Below, piece by piece: positions 29,660 through 39,437 of a DNA stretch of 64,000 bases. The notes under the pieces were generated by a model, which saw nothing but the letters and a program-made list of their open reading frames with translations, searched no databases and was not told where the DNA came from. The translations under genes and the position numbers were made by a program. Origin of the DNA: Patescibacteria group bacterium (GTDB lineage Bacteria > Patescibacteriota > Gracilibacteria > UBA4473); assembly GCA_965660445.1 (NCBI GenBank), contig CBFIAK010000001.1, positions 764,228-828,227 of the forward strand, given 5' to 3'. How positions within the stretch are numbered: the first letter of the stretch is position 1; every line of letters begins with the position of its first letter.

Positions 29660-29895
29660 ATTCTAATCTGTTCCTTTTTTCGCGACTTTCGAAAGACATG
29701 CGAATGATTGATGAAAGCAGTGGAATAATGAAGCTCTGCTGTCTGACAATTTTTCTCTTCTTTTGTGATTCTAAATTTATGAAAAAATTGGAGTTCAGAG
29801 CTTCCCACTGATGAATCATTTCATTCCCATAGCTTGAGAACCGTCGCCCACCTTTTTTCGTTCTTTTTTGGTGGTCAAAAAAGGACAAACAGAAA
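29660..29895. repeat. Cassette A copy 1: 236-bp structured element (candidate MITE or ncRNA) in repeat locus L3
   Basis: Identical by eye to 36873-37108; nested long-range stems; imperfect terminal inverted repeats. Confidence 0.85.
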
Positions 29896-30072
29896 TAAAT
29901 AGGAATCACAGTGAAGTCTCAAAAAAACAAAACAATATTTGACAAATTGGTAAAAATATTATATAAAAATTACAGTTCTTTGAAAATCAATCAATAAAAA
30001 GTCTTTTGTTGGAAACAACAAAAAAAGAAAAAAGAAAATAAATATTCATGAATTAATAAAAAGGAGTCAGCA

Positions 30073-30876
30073 ATGACAAACCAAACACACACAAGCATTC
30101 TATTGTTTGTAATAAGCTTATTCTTTGCCACTTGTGCTTTTGCTCAAGAGGAAAGAACAAATCACTACACACAAGTAATCGTTTATTTTGCATTCGAGTC
30201 ACTCATGAGCGAACTCGAACCAGCACAATATATGAAAGAACACACGTACGCTCAGGCGTATATTAAAAGAATTATGGAAGGCACAGACACCACGATGAAT
30301 CTTCATCAAAGAGGTTTTGGCCCCTTCCCACTTGAAGATGACCCAGCACGCGATAGCATTATGGCTGCTGAGGGACAAACTGGCAAAATAACAAATTCTG
30401 CACGAGCATGGAGTGCGATGAACACTCTCATCAAAAATGATCCATCACACCCAGTGAGCCAAAAAGTGCAAGAAATAAAGGAAATGACTGGGGCTGAAGT
30501 AATAACGATTGTTATTATCGGATACAAAGATCATTATGCACATTATGGTCAAAGTAATATTCCTATTTATGTTCTAAACCATAATAGTGACGAATCAAAC
30601 CATTTAGAAGTGCATAATAAAATAATCTTTGATGAAACAAGCACTAAAGCAGTAGGATTTGGCTCCACTTATCCCCAAAATCACCCACAAGAAGGCAAGA
30701 CCTATAGAACCATATTCGGATTTAATCCTAATATTCTTATATATCCAAGACTAGGATTTTATAAAGACCGATATGGATTTTGGTTACAAGTTGGTGATGA
30801 AGACCACAATGTGCTCGACCCAGAAAATGGATGGAAACTCCATTATTTATACAACAAAGGACTTTTGCAGTATTGA
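30073..30876 (+). CDS. Secreted hypothetical protein
   Basis: Signal peptide ending CAFA-Q; AAAAGGAG Shine-Dalgarno. Confidence 0.7.
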   Translation: MTNQTHTSILLFVISLFFATCAFAQEERTNHYTQVIVYFAFESLMSELEPAQYMKEHTYAQAYIKRIMEGTDTTMNLHQRGFGPFPLEDDPARDSIMAAEGQTGKITNSARAWSAMNTLIKNDPSHPVSQKVQEIKEMTGAEVITIVIIGYKDHYAHYGQSNIPIYVLNHNSDESNHLEVHNKIIFDETSTKAVGFGSTYPQNHPQEGKTYRTIFGFNPNILIYPRLGFYKDRYGFWLQVGDEDHNVLDPENGWKLHYLYNKGLLQY

Positions 30877-30906
30877 TTGATATTGAAAAAGACTTACAAA
30901 CACAGC

Positions 30907-30939
30907 AAAGCTGAAAGTATATACTTTCAGCTTTTTTTT
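30907..30939 (+). terminator. Intrinsic terminator (28-bp perfect palindrome plus U-run)
   Basis: aaagctgaaagtat|atactttcagcttt-ttttt. Confidence 0.75.
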
Positions 30940-31067
30940 AAAGAAAAATCTCATAAAGACACACAAAAAAAGAATTACACATAAAAATCAACCAATTTTA
31001 TATCTTTTTTTTGATTTCCGAGGAAAGAAAAGGAATAATAGAAATTGAATTTTTACCCCCGATTCGC

Positions 31068-33956
31068 ATGAAAAAATTATTCTTATTCGGACTCTTTGGT
31101 GTCGCACTTTCTCTCTTTATACCACAGAATACAAATGCTCAGTGTACGGAATTAACCAATAAAGGAGATAGTTGTGCATATAGTATCTTTGAAGGCTCTT
31201 TTGATAATCTTGATGACGGAAACTCTTTTAATACAACTCAGTTTTTAAATCTTTTAAAAGCAGTAGACAATAATTTTGGATATCTGTATTGGAAAGAAAA
31301 TGGAGTGAATCCAGAAAAAATAGAACTCAGAGGAGGAACTAATAGCATCGAACAAGTAGGAATTGGAACCACCCCATCAGCAAAGCTCCACATCAAAGGT
31401 GATGGAGCAACCAGCAGTACTTTTTCATTACAAATACAAAATAGTGCTGATGCACATAACATGGTCGTTCGAGACAACGGGTTTGTTGGAATCGGAACAA
31501 CAACTCAAAATACAGGGGATGAAACCGTGCTTTTAGGAGTAAATGGAGTTGTGGGAGCGAGTGCGTATTGTGATTTGAACGGGAATAACTGTACAAGCCC
31601 TTCTGGAACCGGAATCGGGCAATTGGGGTGGATTATTGAAACGAATTCACTCGATTATTCCGTTGATTCACGAACAAATGCGGAAACAGTATCTATCACC
31701 AGTACGAATATGGATACAGCAACCAGCAATATACTCGTCAATGAAGAATGGGATGAAGCGGGTGGGTTTACTTATGGAACACTCGTCTACATTGGAGCTG
31801 ATGCTCCTGTTACTTGGGCAAACATGAATGGACGACGGTTTATTTATAATGTAGGCGTAGAAGGAGGACTCAATGAAGGGTGGTTTAATATTTTTCCAAA
31901 CGGAGGTGCCGCACCAGCAAACCATAAACCAATTATTGTAGCTGATAATGTTTCTACCACTACTATTGATTACGTGGTACGAGCGGAATTTGTGTTTGAT
32001 GCATCAGAAGATGCTTGGGTGTTGGTTTCGTATTCTACTCACCATGCTTTTGATGATCTAAATGGATGGACAAATGAAAGCGATAGTTCTATTGCTACAC
32101 AAAGAAATGAAGGTGATGTGGTAGAAATGACAAGTGGATTTTTAGACAATGAAACTGGTAGAGCTCTTCATATTTCAAAAGATTTTTCTTATGCGGCAGA
32201 AACGCCAACAACACTTGGAACTATTCATTTCTTAGGAACAACCGGAGATATTGAAGACATAGACGAATGGAAAGGACGATTCTTTTCACTGTCTACAAAA
32301 GATGGAGCTTGGTTTAACATCAAACACAATTCTGGAGAGACTCCAACTATAACAGGAGCTCCTATCGACACTCGAACAAAAAAAGACATTAAAAAAGTCG
32401 AACGAGCTTTGTTTTCTTATAACCAAAACTCTGACATGTGGAATTTAGTGTCCTACACACTCGCTAATAATAACGGAAATCCTTCGTGGAGTGTTTTAGA
32501 TTACACAACAACAGGTGGAAAACTTGATGAGGTGTTTAATATTGAAACTCCTGTCTTAGATGCATCAGCAGATAACTTACATATTCGACTCCCTGAAGAA
32601 ATTCAGTCAGCAGGATTACTTTCATTTATCGGTTCAGATGCAACTATCAGTGATTGGAGTTCTCTGCACGGGCGACAATTAGTGGTTACCGCAGAATTTG
32701 GGTCATGGTTTGATATCAGAGAAAATTGTCGACAGTCAGTAGCGACTAACAACGCTGGTTGTAACACAGGAGGAACTATTTTAGATAAACATCGACCAAT
32801 AATGGGAAATGGAGCAGGAGCTACAGCAGACTCAACATATCTTCCAACTATTAGACGAGTAAAACAAGCGAAGTTTGTATATGACAACGAAGAAGAAGCA
32901 TGGTTACTCCAAAGTTTTACCTATCGACGAAACGGAGACAAACAAGAAACTCAGTTTACTGCTGAATCAGTTGATACAACTGGTGGGTATAGAAACGATG
33001 GCGATGTTGTATATGCAAATATTAATCTATGGGATGCGACAAATGGAGATGATACGAGCAACTACGAACACCATATCTATCAAATGAATTATGATGATAA
33101 TGCCGTGAATCGAAGTTTTGGAACGTTCCATTTTTTAGGAGGAGATATAGATCCGTTTGGAACCGACATCGATGATTGGTCTGAATTCGATGGACGAGAA
33201 ATAACACTTGTTGCAGGTGATAAAGGATGGTTTAACCTCGCGCATGATTCTGGTGAAACGATTGATGCCGGATATGAAGACGCCGATGCAACCCCAAGAG
33301 TACAACCTATTGATTTGATCGGGCAAATGGACGCTAATGATGAACTCAAATACTTACGATCAGCAACACTTCGATTTAGTGCCACTGGTGATTCAAATAA
33401 CGATTATCCAACAGGTGGAAAATGGTACTTACTATCATACGAAAAAATTGGAGATTTTGTAGGGACCTACCCTATTGGTTCAGGGGCTCCTTCTCCAACG
33501 TCAGTGACGTTTTATGGAAACGCCCCAGATGCAACAGGAGCTCCTATGGCGAACAGTATTCCGCCAGCTACTCAGTATTTACCCCTCAATGGATATTACC
33601 AAGTAGATGTGTATGTAACAGTATCAGAAGATGATGGAAACCAAGGACCGAATACAGCAATCGCACAGACACTCGCTATCCGAAACGGGGCAAGTGGAGC
33701 ATTCTTAGGGTTAGATATGAGTCCTGTATTTGTACCACCAGTGGCTTCAGCGGCAAAAATGAAAAATTTATCCCTCCAAGGAAGCGCGATTATAAACGTA
33801 AATGAAGCTCTTGATTCAAATCGGTATCTTACTTGGAGAGTGCTTCTGCCAAACGTTACAACTCCAAGCCCTCCAATAGCTATGGGACAAATTAATGGAG
33901 GGTATGTGCATGTACGGTATATCCATAACGAACCAGAAGGAACCACCCTACCGTAA
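31068..33956 (+). CDS. Large secreted fibre/adhesin-like protein with four internal ~140-aa repeats
   Basis: Signal peptide from ATG 31068; VGIGTT motifs; YCDLNGNNC; four repeats with G..F.G..W..GR..WF.I..PI..A.F.Y..W.L.SY. Confidence 0.75.
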   Translation: MKKLFLFGLFGVALSLFIPQNTNAQCTELTNKGDSCAYSIFEGSFDNLDDGNSFNTTQFLNLLKAVDNNFGYLYWKENGVNPEKIELRGGTNSIEQVGIGTTPSAKLHIKGDGATSSTFSLQIQNSADAHNMVVRDNGFVGIGTTTQNTGDETVLLGVNGVVGASAYCDLNGNNCTSPSGTGIGQLGWIIETNSLDYSVDSRTNAETVSITSTNMDTATSNILVNEEWDEAGGFTYGTLVYIGADAPVTWANMNGRRFIYNVGVEGGLNEGWFNIFPNGGAAPANHKPIIVADNVSTTTIDYVVRAEFVFDASEDAWVLVSYSTHHAFDDLNGWTNESDSSIATQRNEGDVVEMTSGFLDNETGRALHISKDFSYAAETPTTLGTIHFLGTTGDIEDIDEWKGRFFSLSTKDGAWFNIKHNSGETPTITGAPIDTRTKKDIKKVERALFSYNQNSDMWNLVSYTLANNNGNPSWSVLDYTTTGGKLDEVFNIETPVLDASADNLHIRLPEEIQSAGLLSFIGSDATISDWSSLHGRQLVVTAEFGSWFDIRENCRQSVATNNAGCNTGGTILDKHRPIMGNGAGATADSTYLPTIRRVKQAKFVYDNEEEAWLLQSFTYRRNGDKQETQFTAESVDTTGGYRNDGDVVYANINLWDATNGDDTSNYEHHIYQMNYDDNAVNRSFGTFHFLGGDIDPFGTDIDDWSEFDGREITLVAGDKGWFNLAHDSGETIDAGYEDADATPRVQPIDLIGQMDANDELKYLRSATLRFSATGDSNNDYPTGGKWYLLSYEKIGDFVGTYPIGSGAPSPTSVTFYGNAPDATGAPMANSIPPATQYLPLNGYYQVDVYVTVSEDDGNQGPNTAIAQTLAIRNGASGAFLGLDMSPVFVPPVASAAKMKNLSLQGSAIINVNEALDSNRYLTWRVLLPNVTTPSPPIAMGQINGGYVHVRYIHNEPEGTTLP

Positions 33957-33973
33957 ACAAAAACTATAACCAC

Positions 33974-34009
33974 AAAAAAAGACTTGCTGAACAAAAGCAA
34001 GTCTTTTTT
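33974..34009 (+). terminator. Intrinsic terminator
   Basis: aaaaaaagacttgct-gaacaaa-agcaagtctttttt. Confidence 0.75.
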
Positions 34010-34066
34010 GTGTATTTCAGTAAAAAAACTTGAACCAAACCGAAAACCACAGTATACAATAACACT

Positions 34067-35299
34067 ATGAAAAAACATTTCCTCGGCTTCGTACTCGTTT
34101 GTGCTATAACACTTATTCCCTCTTTTGCTCACGCAAAAATACAAAATCTTGATGTAAAAATAAGTGATCGGTATATATCGTTTACGTGGTCACCTCTTGA
34201 TGATGCAACTATAAAAGCATCTGAAGGGTATGCTCTGCAATGGGGAAAATCAGAAAGTGAAGTTGCAAAAGACAAAACCGATAACGTGCGTCGATGGGTA
34301 GAAGGTATAGACCCAACTGTTCCCTCAATGCTGACGTCAACAGTGTTTGATAACAACGAAACTTATTACGCACGAGTCTATACATGGACAAAAGGCGGAT
34401 ATAAAGACCGTGTTCGTAGTTTAGGGAACGGATCAGATATATTAAAATTCACTCTCAACCGTACAGGAAACGAAGTGATCAATATCGAACGTATACCAAA
34501 AACTGATCTACAAACCGATAATACGTCTTCCTCTTCGTCTTCAAACACAAACTACGATGCCGATGAATACCAATTTGGATACATTCAATCAACACGGTTT
34601 GATAACTATGTTGTGCTTTCTTGGTCACGAAGCAAACTTGCTCGAGGAGAAGCACTTGGTCGACGTATAAAACTCTCCAAAACAGCCGATATGAAAGAAG
34701 TCGTAGCCAATTTTACTATACCTGTTGCAACGCAAAGTCTCAAAATTCAAAACCTTACGCCCAATACCACGTATTACCTCCAAGGAAGTTATTATACCCT
34801 TTCAGGTGGAGAAGAACAAGACTTCGGACACAGTACCGCTCAAACACTCCAAACATTACGAGCTATGACCCAAGCCGAAAAAGACAGAATCACAATGCTT
34901 CAACGACGAGGAGTGTTTACTATTCCAACAGCAGACCTCACCAAAACTATTGGGAAAAATGATTCCCCTCAAACCACATCCACAACAACAAACACTGAAA
35001 CCACAACCGAAACAACACCACCTCCATCACAAACAAATACCACCACTTCCACAAACCCAACAAATGCATTTACGTACAGTAAAAACGATATTGTTGAAAA
35101 AATAAAAGCACTCGAAACAGAACTGAACCTTTGGAAAACTCGGTACCGAAATCTCACTGGTGAGTTTTATGGATCAACAAGTAACAACACTACGAATCTC
35201 ACCACATCAACAAACAAAAACTCAACATCATCATCAACAAATACCAATAGACGAATGACACTCGCCGAACGAATACGAATGCTTCGGTCTGGAAAATAG
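34067..35299 (+). CDS. Secreted fibronectin type III domain protein with Thr-rich linker
   Basis: Signal peptide; ISFTWSP, VVLSWS, IQNLTPNTTYYLQ. Confidence 0.7.
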   Translation: MKKHFLGFVLVCAITLIPSFAHAKIQNLDVKISDRYISFTWSPLDDATIKASEGYALQWGKSESEVAKDKTDNVRRWVEGIDPTVPSMLTSTVFDNNETYYARVYTWTKGGYKDRVRSLGNGSDILKFTLNRTGNEVINIERIPKTDLQTDNTSSSSSSNTNYDADEYQFGYIQSTRFDNYVVLSWSRSKLARGEALGRRIKLSKTADMKEVVANFTIPVATQSLKIQNLTPNTTYYLQGSYYTLSGGEEQDFGHSTAQTLQTLRAMTQAEKDRITMLQRRGVFTIPTADLTKTIGKNDSPQTTSTTTNTETTTETTPPPSQTNTTTSTNPTNAFTYSKNDIVEKIKALETELNLWKTRYRNLTGEFYGSTSNNTTNLTTSTNKNSTSSSTNTNRRMTLAERIRMLRSGK

Positions 35300-35318
35300 A
35301 AAATTTAAACGAATTATA

Positions 35319-35346
35319 TTGACTTTCTACCCCTTGTTTTTAATAT
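35319..35346 (+). promoter_or_regulatory. Sigma70-like promoter of the V-ATPase B gene
   Basis: TTGACT - 16 nt - TAATAT, 24 nt before the ATG. Confidence 0.55.
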
Positions 35347-35369
35347 AGCACAGATTTTAATTTTGAAAC

Positions 35370-36746
35370 ATGCAAAAGATTTACGAAAATATCGAATCAA
35401 TCGCTGGACCTATTGTAGTGGTTGAAGGCGTTGATGGAGCAAAATATGAAGAACTTGTAGAAATTACGAACCAACAAAACGAGGTTAAAATGGGAAAAGT
35501 TTTGGAAGTCAATGGATCACGTGCGTTGGTACAAATGTTTGAATCTACTCAAGGGTTGTCAACCAGTGGACTGAAAGCAAAATTCTTAGGAAAAGTTGCA
35601 ACTATCGGAGTGTCTCAAAATATGATTGGACGTATCTTTAACGGAGCCGGAAAACCAATTGACGGAAGCCCTGATATTATCCCTGAAAAAGTGATTGAGA
35701 TTTCTGGAAAATCAATTAATCCGTATTCTCGTGAGTTTCCTGAAGCGTTTATTCAAACAGGAATTTCTTCACTTGATGTGATGAACACTCTCGTTCGAGG
35801 ACAAAAACTACCTGTGTTTTCAGGAGCCGGACTCCCCCACGCAGAACTCGCAACACAAATTGCTCGACAAGCAAAAGTAAACGATGGATCTGAGTTTTCT
35901 GTAGTATTTGGAGCTATGGGAGTAACTTTTGAAGAAGCGATGTTTTTCCAAAAAGAGTTTGAGAAAACAGGAGCGATTGATAACGCAACACTCTTTATCA
36001 ACACTGCTGCAGACCCTGTGGTTGAGCGGATTTCTGTGCCACGAATGGCGTTATCGTTTGCAGAATACCTAGCGTTTGAAAAAGAAATGCATGTACTCGT
36101 GATCCTCACCGACATGACCAACTACGCTGAAGCACTTCGAGAAGTATCCGCTTCACGAAAAGAAGTACCAGGACGAAGAGGATACCCAGGGTATCTCTAT
36201 ACAGATTTAGCGACTATTTACGAACGAGCAGGACGAATCAGAGGCAAAAAAGGGTCGCTGACACAAATGCCAATCCTCTCAATGCCGGAAGACGATATCA
36301 CTCACCCAATTCCTGATTTGACTGGGTATATCACAGAAGGTCAGTTTGTACTTGATCGAACATTACACCAAAAGAAAGTAACGCCTCCTGTAGATGTGCT
36401 GAAAAGTCTTTCTCGACTTGCAGGTGCTGGAATGGGAGAAGGAAAAACACGAGACGATCATTCAAAACTGAAAGACCAATTGTTTGCGTGTTACGCACGA
36501 GGAAAAGAAGTGCGAGAACTCGCAGTAGTTCTTGGAGAAAGCTCACTTTCTGATACCGACAAAATTTACCTTGCGTTTGCAAACACGTTTGAAAAAGAGT
36601 TTATCGGACAAGGATACGAAAAAGAACGATCAATCGAAGAATCACTGAATCTTGGATGGGAACTTCTTGCTCCATTCCCAGAAACAGAACTCAAACGACT
36701 CAACAAGAAACTGATCGAAAAATTTCATCCGAAATATAAGAAATAG
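35370..36746 (+). CDS. atpB: V/A-type ATP synthase subunit B
   Basis: [63 protein letters not shown]. Confidence 0.96.
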   Translation: MQKIYENIESIAGPIVVVEGVDGAKYEELVEITNQQNEVKMGKVLEVNGSRALVQMFESTQGLSTSGLKAKFLGKVATIGVSQNMIGRIFNGAGKPIDGSPDIIPEKVIEISGKSINPYSREFPEAFIQTGISSLDVMNTLVRGQKLPVFSGAGLPHAELATQIARQAKVNDGSEFSVVFGAMGVTFEEAMFFQKEFEKTGAIDNATLFINTAADPVVERISVPRMALSFAEYLAFEKEMHVLVILTDMTNYAEALREVSASRKEVPGRRGYPGYLYTDLATIYERAGRIRGKKGSLTQMPILSMPEDDITHPIPDLTGYITEGQFVLDRTLHQKKVTPPVDVLKSLSRLAGAGMGEGKTRDDHSKLKDQLFACYARGKEVRELAVVLGESSLSDTDKIYLAFANTFEKEFIGQGYEKERSIEESLNLGWELLAPFPETELKRLNKKLIEKFHPKYKK

Positions 36747-37385
36747 GAAGCGCAAGAGCGCTGAAGCGCTCGAATCTGGAATCCGGAATCTTGAATCTTG
36801 GTAAAGTCGCAAGAAGCGCAGGAATCACAAAAAAAATCACAAGGTTGCGCAAAGCCTTATTCCGGATTCTAGATTCTAATCTGTTCCTTTTTTCGCGACT
36901 TTCGAAAGACATGCGAATGATTGATGAAAGCAGTGGAATAATGAAGCTCTGCTGTCTGACAATTTTTCTCTTCTTTTGTGATTCTAAATTTATGAAAAAA
37001 TTGGAGTTCAGAGCTTCCCACTGATGAATCATTTCATTCCCATAGCTTGAGAACCGTCGCCCACCTTTTTTCGTTCTTTTTTGGTGGTCAAAAAAGGACA
37101 AACAGAAAAACGGAAGCGCAGTGAAGTGAAAAACCTTTTTCACTTCAGAATTATGAAGTAGGAATTAGGAATTATGGAGAATCACAAGAATCTGGAATCG
37201 AGAATCTTGGTAAAATCGCAGGAATCACAAAAAAATAACGAGGTGGTGCACAGCCTTGTGATTTTTGTACTCTCTGTGATTTATTCAAGATTCCGGATTC
37301 AAGATTCAAGATTCCAACTTTGATTCCAGATTCAAAATTCTAGATTCTCATTTAGATTCTAAATATGGAGGAATCTCCAAATTTA
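36747..37385. repeat. Composite repeat locus L4 containing cassette A copy 2 (36873-37108)
   Basis: Starts at the atpB stop; heptamer tandems; palindromes at 36835 (truncated) and 37234; TGAAGTGAAAAA-cc-TTTTTCACTTCA hairpin; ends in AATCTCCAAATTTA. Confidence 0.88.
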
Positions 37386-38051
37386 CTTCCCTTCCACCAT
37401 TACCACAAACTCCCCTTTTATATTCTGTGGTGTAAAATAGGTTTTTGATTCTTCGAGTGTTCCTTGAAAAATATCTTCATAAGCTTTTGTGAGTTCTCGC
37501 CCAACAACGATGCGTCGTTTCGAATCTATATGATCTGAAAGTTCTTCGAGTAATCGAGGAAACCGATGAACCGATTCATAAAACACATGTGTCATATCAC
37601 TCTCACCTATAGTTTTGAGTATTGTTTGACGTCCTTTTTTGTGAGGTAAAAACCCAAGAAAAACAAACGAATCTGAACGAATACCCGATACACTAACCAA
37701 TGTTGTCAACGCCGACACCCCCGGAATGGGAACAACCGCAATCCCCCGTTCACGACACCGACTCACAAGACGAACACCAGGGTCTGATATTCCAGGGGTG
37801 CCCGCATCAGAAATATAAGCAGCTGTTTCACCTTGCTGCACACGATCAAGCAACTGATTGATTCTGGTTTCAGATGTTTGAGCATAAAATGATGTCAAAG
37901 GTGTTTCAATACCATAGTGGGGCAAAAGTTTTTGTGAATGACGCGGGTCTTCTGCCATTATAAAATCAACTGATTTTAGAGTTTCAATCGCTCGGAGTGT
38001 TATATCGGATCGGTTTCCAATAGGAGTTGCCACAATAAAAAGAGTACTCAT
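37383..38051 (-). CDS. rsmI: 16S rRNA (cytidine1402-2'-O)-methyltransferase
   Basis: LFIVATPIGN..DITLRA, SDAGTPGISDPG, PIPG.SA, FYES.HR, RELTK.YE, KGEFVV. Confidence 0.96.
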   Translation of the reverse strand: MSTLFIVATPIGNRSDITLRAIETLKSVDFIMAEDPRHSQKLLPHYGIETPLTSFYAQTSETRINQLLDRVQQGETAAYISDAGTPGISDPGVRLVSRCRERGIAVVPIPGVSALTTLVSVSGIRSDSFVFLGFLPHKKGRQTILKTIGESDMTHVFYESVHRFPRLLEELSDHIDSKRRIVVGRELTKAYEDIFQGTLEESKTYFTPQNIKGEFVVMVEGK

Positions 38052-38455
38052 GATGGTTTATTTGTGTATTTTACAAAAAATGGAAGCGAACGCTCAAGCA
38101 CATTATCAAGCCATATCTCACATTCATACCCACCGTTTTGCTCAAACCGAATGTTTTGAAAGTTTCCCATAAACCCAACATCAACAATCTCTTGTTTTGT
38201 ATCAGGCATTTGTAAGCGACCTTCAAGCTTTGTAATTAACTCTTTTGTGCGGGCATGAACAATTTGAATCTTAATAACCGTTGTTTGCTGAATCGATACA
38301 TTCACCGCACAAGTGATGCGAGGATGTAAAAACGGTAAGGTTGACGCCTGAATTGTTTGAAAAATTCCAATGATACTCAACTTGCCATCATTTGAAATAA
38401 ACGCCAAATCGCAAATATGTGCGAAATTTAAAAATGCATCGTTCTTTTTCTTCAT
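38048..38455 (-). CDS. Hypothetical protein (DUF6941-like)
   Basis: ATG at 38455: FAHICDLAF..DGKLSIIGIF; the longer upstream extension in the track is translated repeat. Confidence 0.65.
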   Translation of the reverse strand: MKKKNDAFLNFAHICDLAFISNDGKLSIIGIFQTIQASTLPFLHPRITCAVNVSIQQTTVIKIQIVHARTKELITKLEGRLQMPDTKQEIVDVGFMGNFQNIRFEQNGGYECEIWLDNVLERSLPFFVKYTNKPS

Positions 38456-38489
38456 GTCAAAAGTATAAAGAAAGATTCTTTCATTGCAA

Positions 38490-39410
38490 GGCAGTGAAAT
38501 CTTCGACTTCAGAATTATGGGAAGCGCAAGAGCGCTGAGGCGCTCGAATCTGGAATCCGGAATCTTGAATCTTGGTAAAGTCGCAAGAAGCGCAGGAATC
38601 ACAAAAATCACAAGGGCGTGCACAGCCTTATGATTGTTCCTTATTTCTCAATCTAAATCTTAATCTTCATTCTTAAACCCGAGACCGGTCTCCAATTTTT
38701 GTCTTCACTATGCGCTTTTTAGTATTTTTATAGTTATTGTATAATAATAGAATATTGTTTCCATCGCAGGAAGTACAAAAAAATAAGAAGGTTTTGCACA
38801 AAAAACAATCTTTGTATACAAAGATAAGTTTTACACATTTTGTAAACAAAGGGGGAAAAGAGTGAAGTGAAAAAGGGTTTTCACTTCAGAATTAGGAAGT
38901 ATGAATTAGGAATTAGGGGAAATCACAGGAGCGCTGAGGCGCTCGAATCTGGAATCTAAATGAGAATCTTGAATCTCGAATCTGGAATCTTGTTCCCATC
39001 GCAGAATCGCAGGAATCACAAGGGCGTGCAAAAGCTTGTGATTGTTCCTTATTTCTCAACCTGAATCTCAATCTTAATTCTTATAAAATGGAGACCGGTC
39101 TCCATTTTACATAGGTATAGATTAAAAAAATATCGAAGCTCGAAAATTTGACATGCCAAATACCTTATTAAAGCCAAAATTTGGAGACCGGTCTCCAAGT
39201 TTTGGCTCCATTGTGCGTTTTTTAGTATTTTTGTAGTTATTGTATAATAATAGAATATTGAATCAAGAATGAATCGCAAGAAGCGCAGGAATCACAAAAA
39301 AAAATCACAAGGCTGTGCACAGCCTTGTGATTTTTATACTCTCTGTGATTTATTCAAGATTCCGGATTCAAGATTCAAGATTCCAACTTTGATTCGAGAT
39401 TCAAGATTCT
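38490..39410. repeat. Composite repeat locus L5 with deleted (38637-38757) and full (39045-39259) cassette B
   Basis: Palindromes at 38606, 39014 and 39303; GAGACCGGTCTC at 38681, 39091 and 39184; heptamer tandems. Confidence 0.88.
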
Positions 39411-39437
39411 ATTTTTTGCATCAACAATGCAAAAAAT

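Noticed and set aside
29560-29909. ORFs 29560-29811, 29625-29909, 36700-37143 and 36791-37024
   Set aside because: They are translations of cassette A and heptamers on both strands; starts and ends differ between the two copies.
38456-38623. N-terminal extension of the 191-aa ORF
   Set aside because: It is mostly translated repeat sequence; the plausible start is the ATG at 38455.
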